From the NCBI RefSeq assembly GCF_036321535.1, contig NC_087437.1:86306001-86370000 (forward strand): a DNA stretch of 64,000 bases. The letters run 5' to 3'. The stretch is from Camelus dromedarius (taxonomy: Eukaryota). This document shows positions 63,801-64,000 of this stretch, one piece after another; position 1 is the stretch's first letter, and each line of letters starts with the position of its first letter. Under the pieces are notes generated by a model that was given only the letters and a program-made list of their open reading frames with translations, was not told the origin of the DNA and searched no databases. The translations under genes and the position numbers were made by a program.

Positions 63801-64000
63801 CCCACTTGCAGAGGTCGGAAGTTAGAGGCAATATGAGTGTCTATCATGTGTAGGGAGGATTATAAAACCAGTGGTTGCATGCCATGAGTAGTGTTTAACA
63901 CTTAGAAACAATAAATTATGTGAGCAGAATGGATGAATTATAAATACAATCATAAAAAGTGCTGAGTAAAGAAACATTAGAGAGTGTGACATAATACGAA
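60830..64000 (+). mobile_element. Ancient degraded LINE-1 ORF2 and 3' region
   Basis: A-rich with L1 ORF2 nucleotide motifs (CAGAAAAAGCAGTTGATAAAATTCAACAC; CATTATTTGTAAATAAAATGAC; CAGAAACAGACCCA; TGCTGGTGGGAATGT); no intact ORF. Confidence 0.75.
62255..62330. repeat. GA-rich polypurine low-complexity tract with (GGAA)n
   Basis: Read directly. Confidence 0.85.

Noticed and set aside
57796..64000. Search for PROS1 exon 4 (thrombin-sensitive region)
   Set aside because: No matching exon found; the region is intron 3, largely old L1.

Overview
Mammalian genomic DNA, very probably a camelid (alpaca/llama/camel), judged from seven copies of a tRNA-derived Vic-1-type SINE. Two intron-rich genes lie head-to-head, each with its own CpG island and start codons about 6.7 kb apart. 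ARL13B (ciliary ARF-like GTPase) is on the minus strand with coding exons 1-3 at 25903-25961, 9832-9902 and 3367-3616; it runs off the left edge. PROS1 (vitamin K-dependent protein S) is on the plus strand with coding exons 1-3 at 32701-32776, 54912-55069 and 57771-57795; it runs off the right edge. All six exons have canonical GT-AG boundaries and join in frame. The rest is mostly interspersed repeats: young and old L1, L2, MIR, MaLR/ERVL and ERV1 LTRs, hAT MITEs, SINEs and microsatellites. Nearly all ORFs in the supplied track are spurious or repeat-derived. I found no convincing new multi-gene system. The best leads are: a MER41-type LTR with an intact STAT (GAS) site in PROS1 intron 1; a tailless 5S rRNA retropseudogene; a 35-bp copy of ARL13B exon 3 in the upstream intron; a tail-only retro-insertion; and a deeply nested ancient ERVL element. 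Repeat family names come from recalled consensus sequences and need RepeatMasker/Dfam confirmation.
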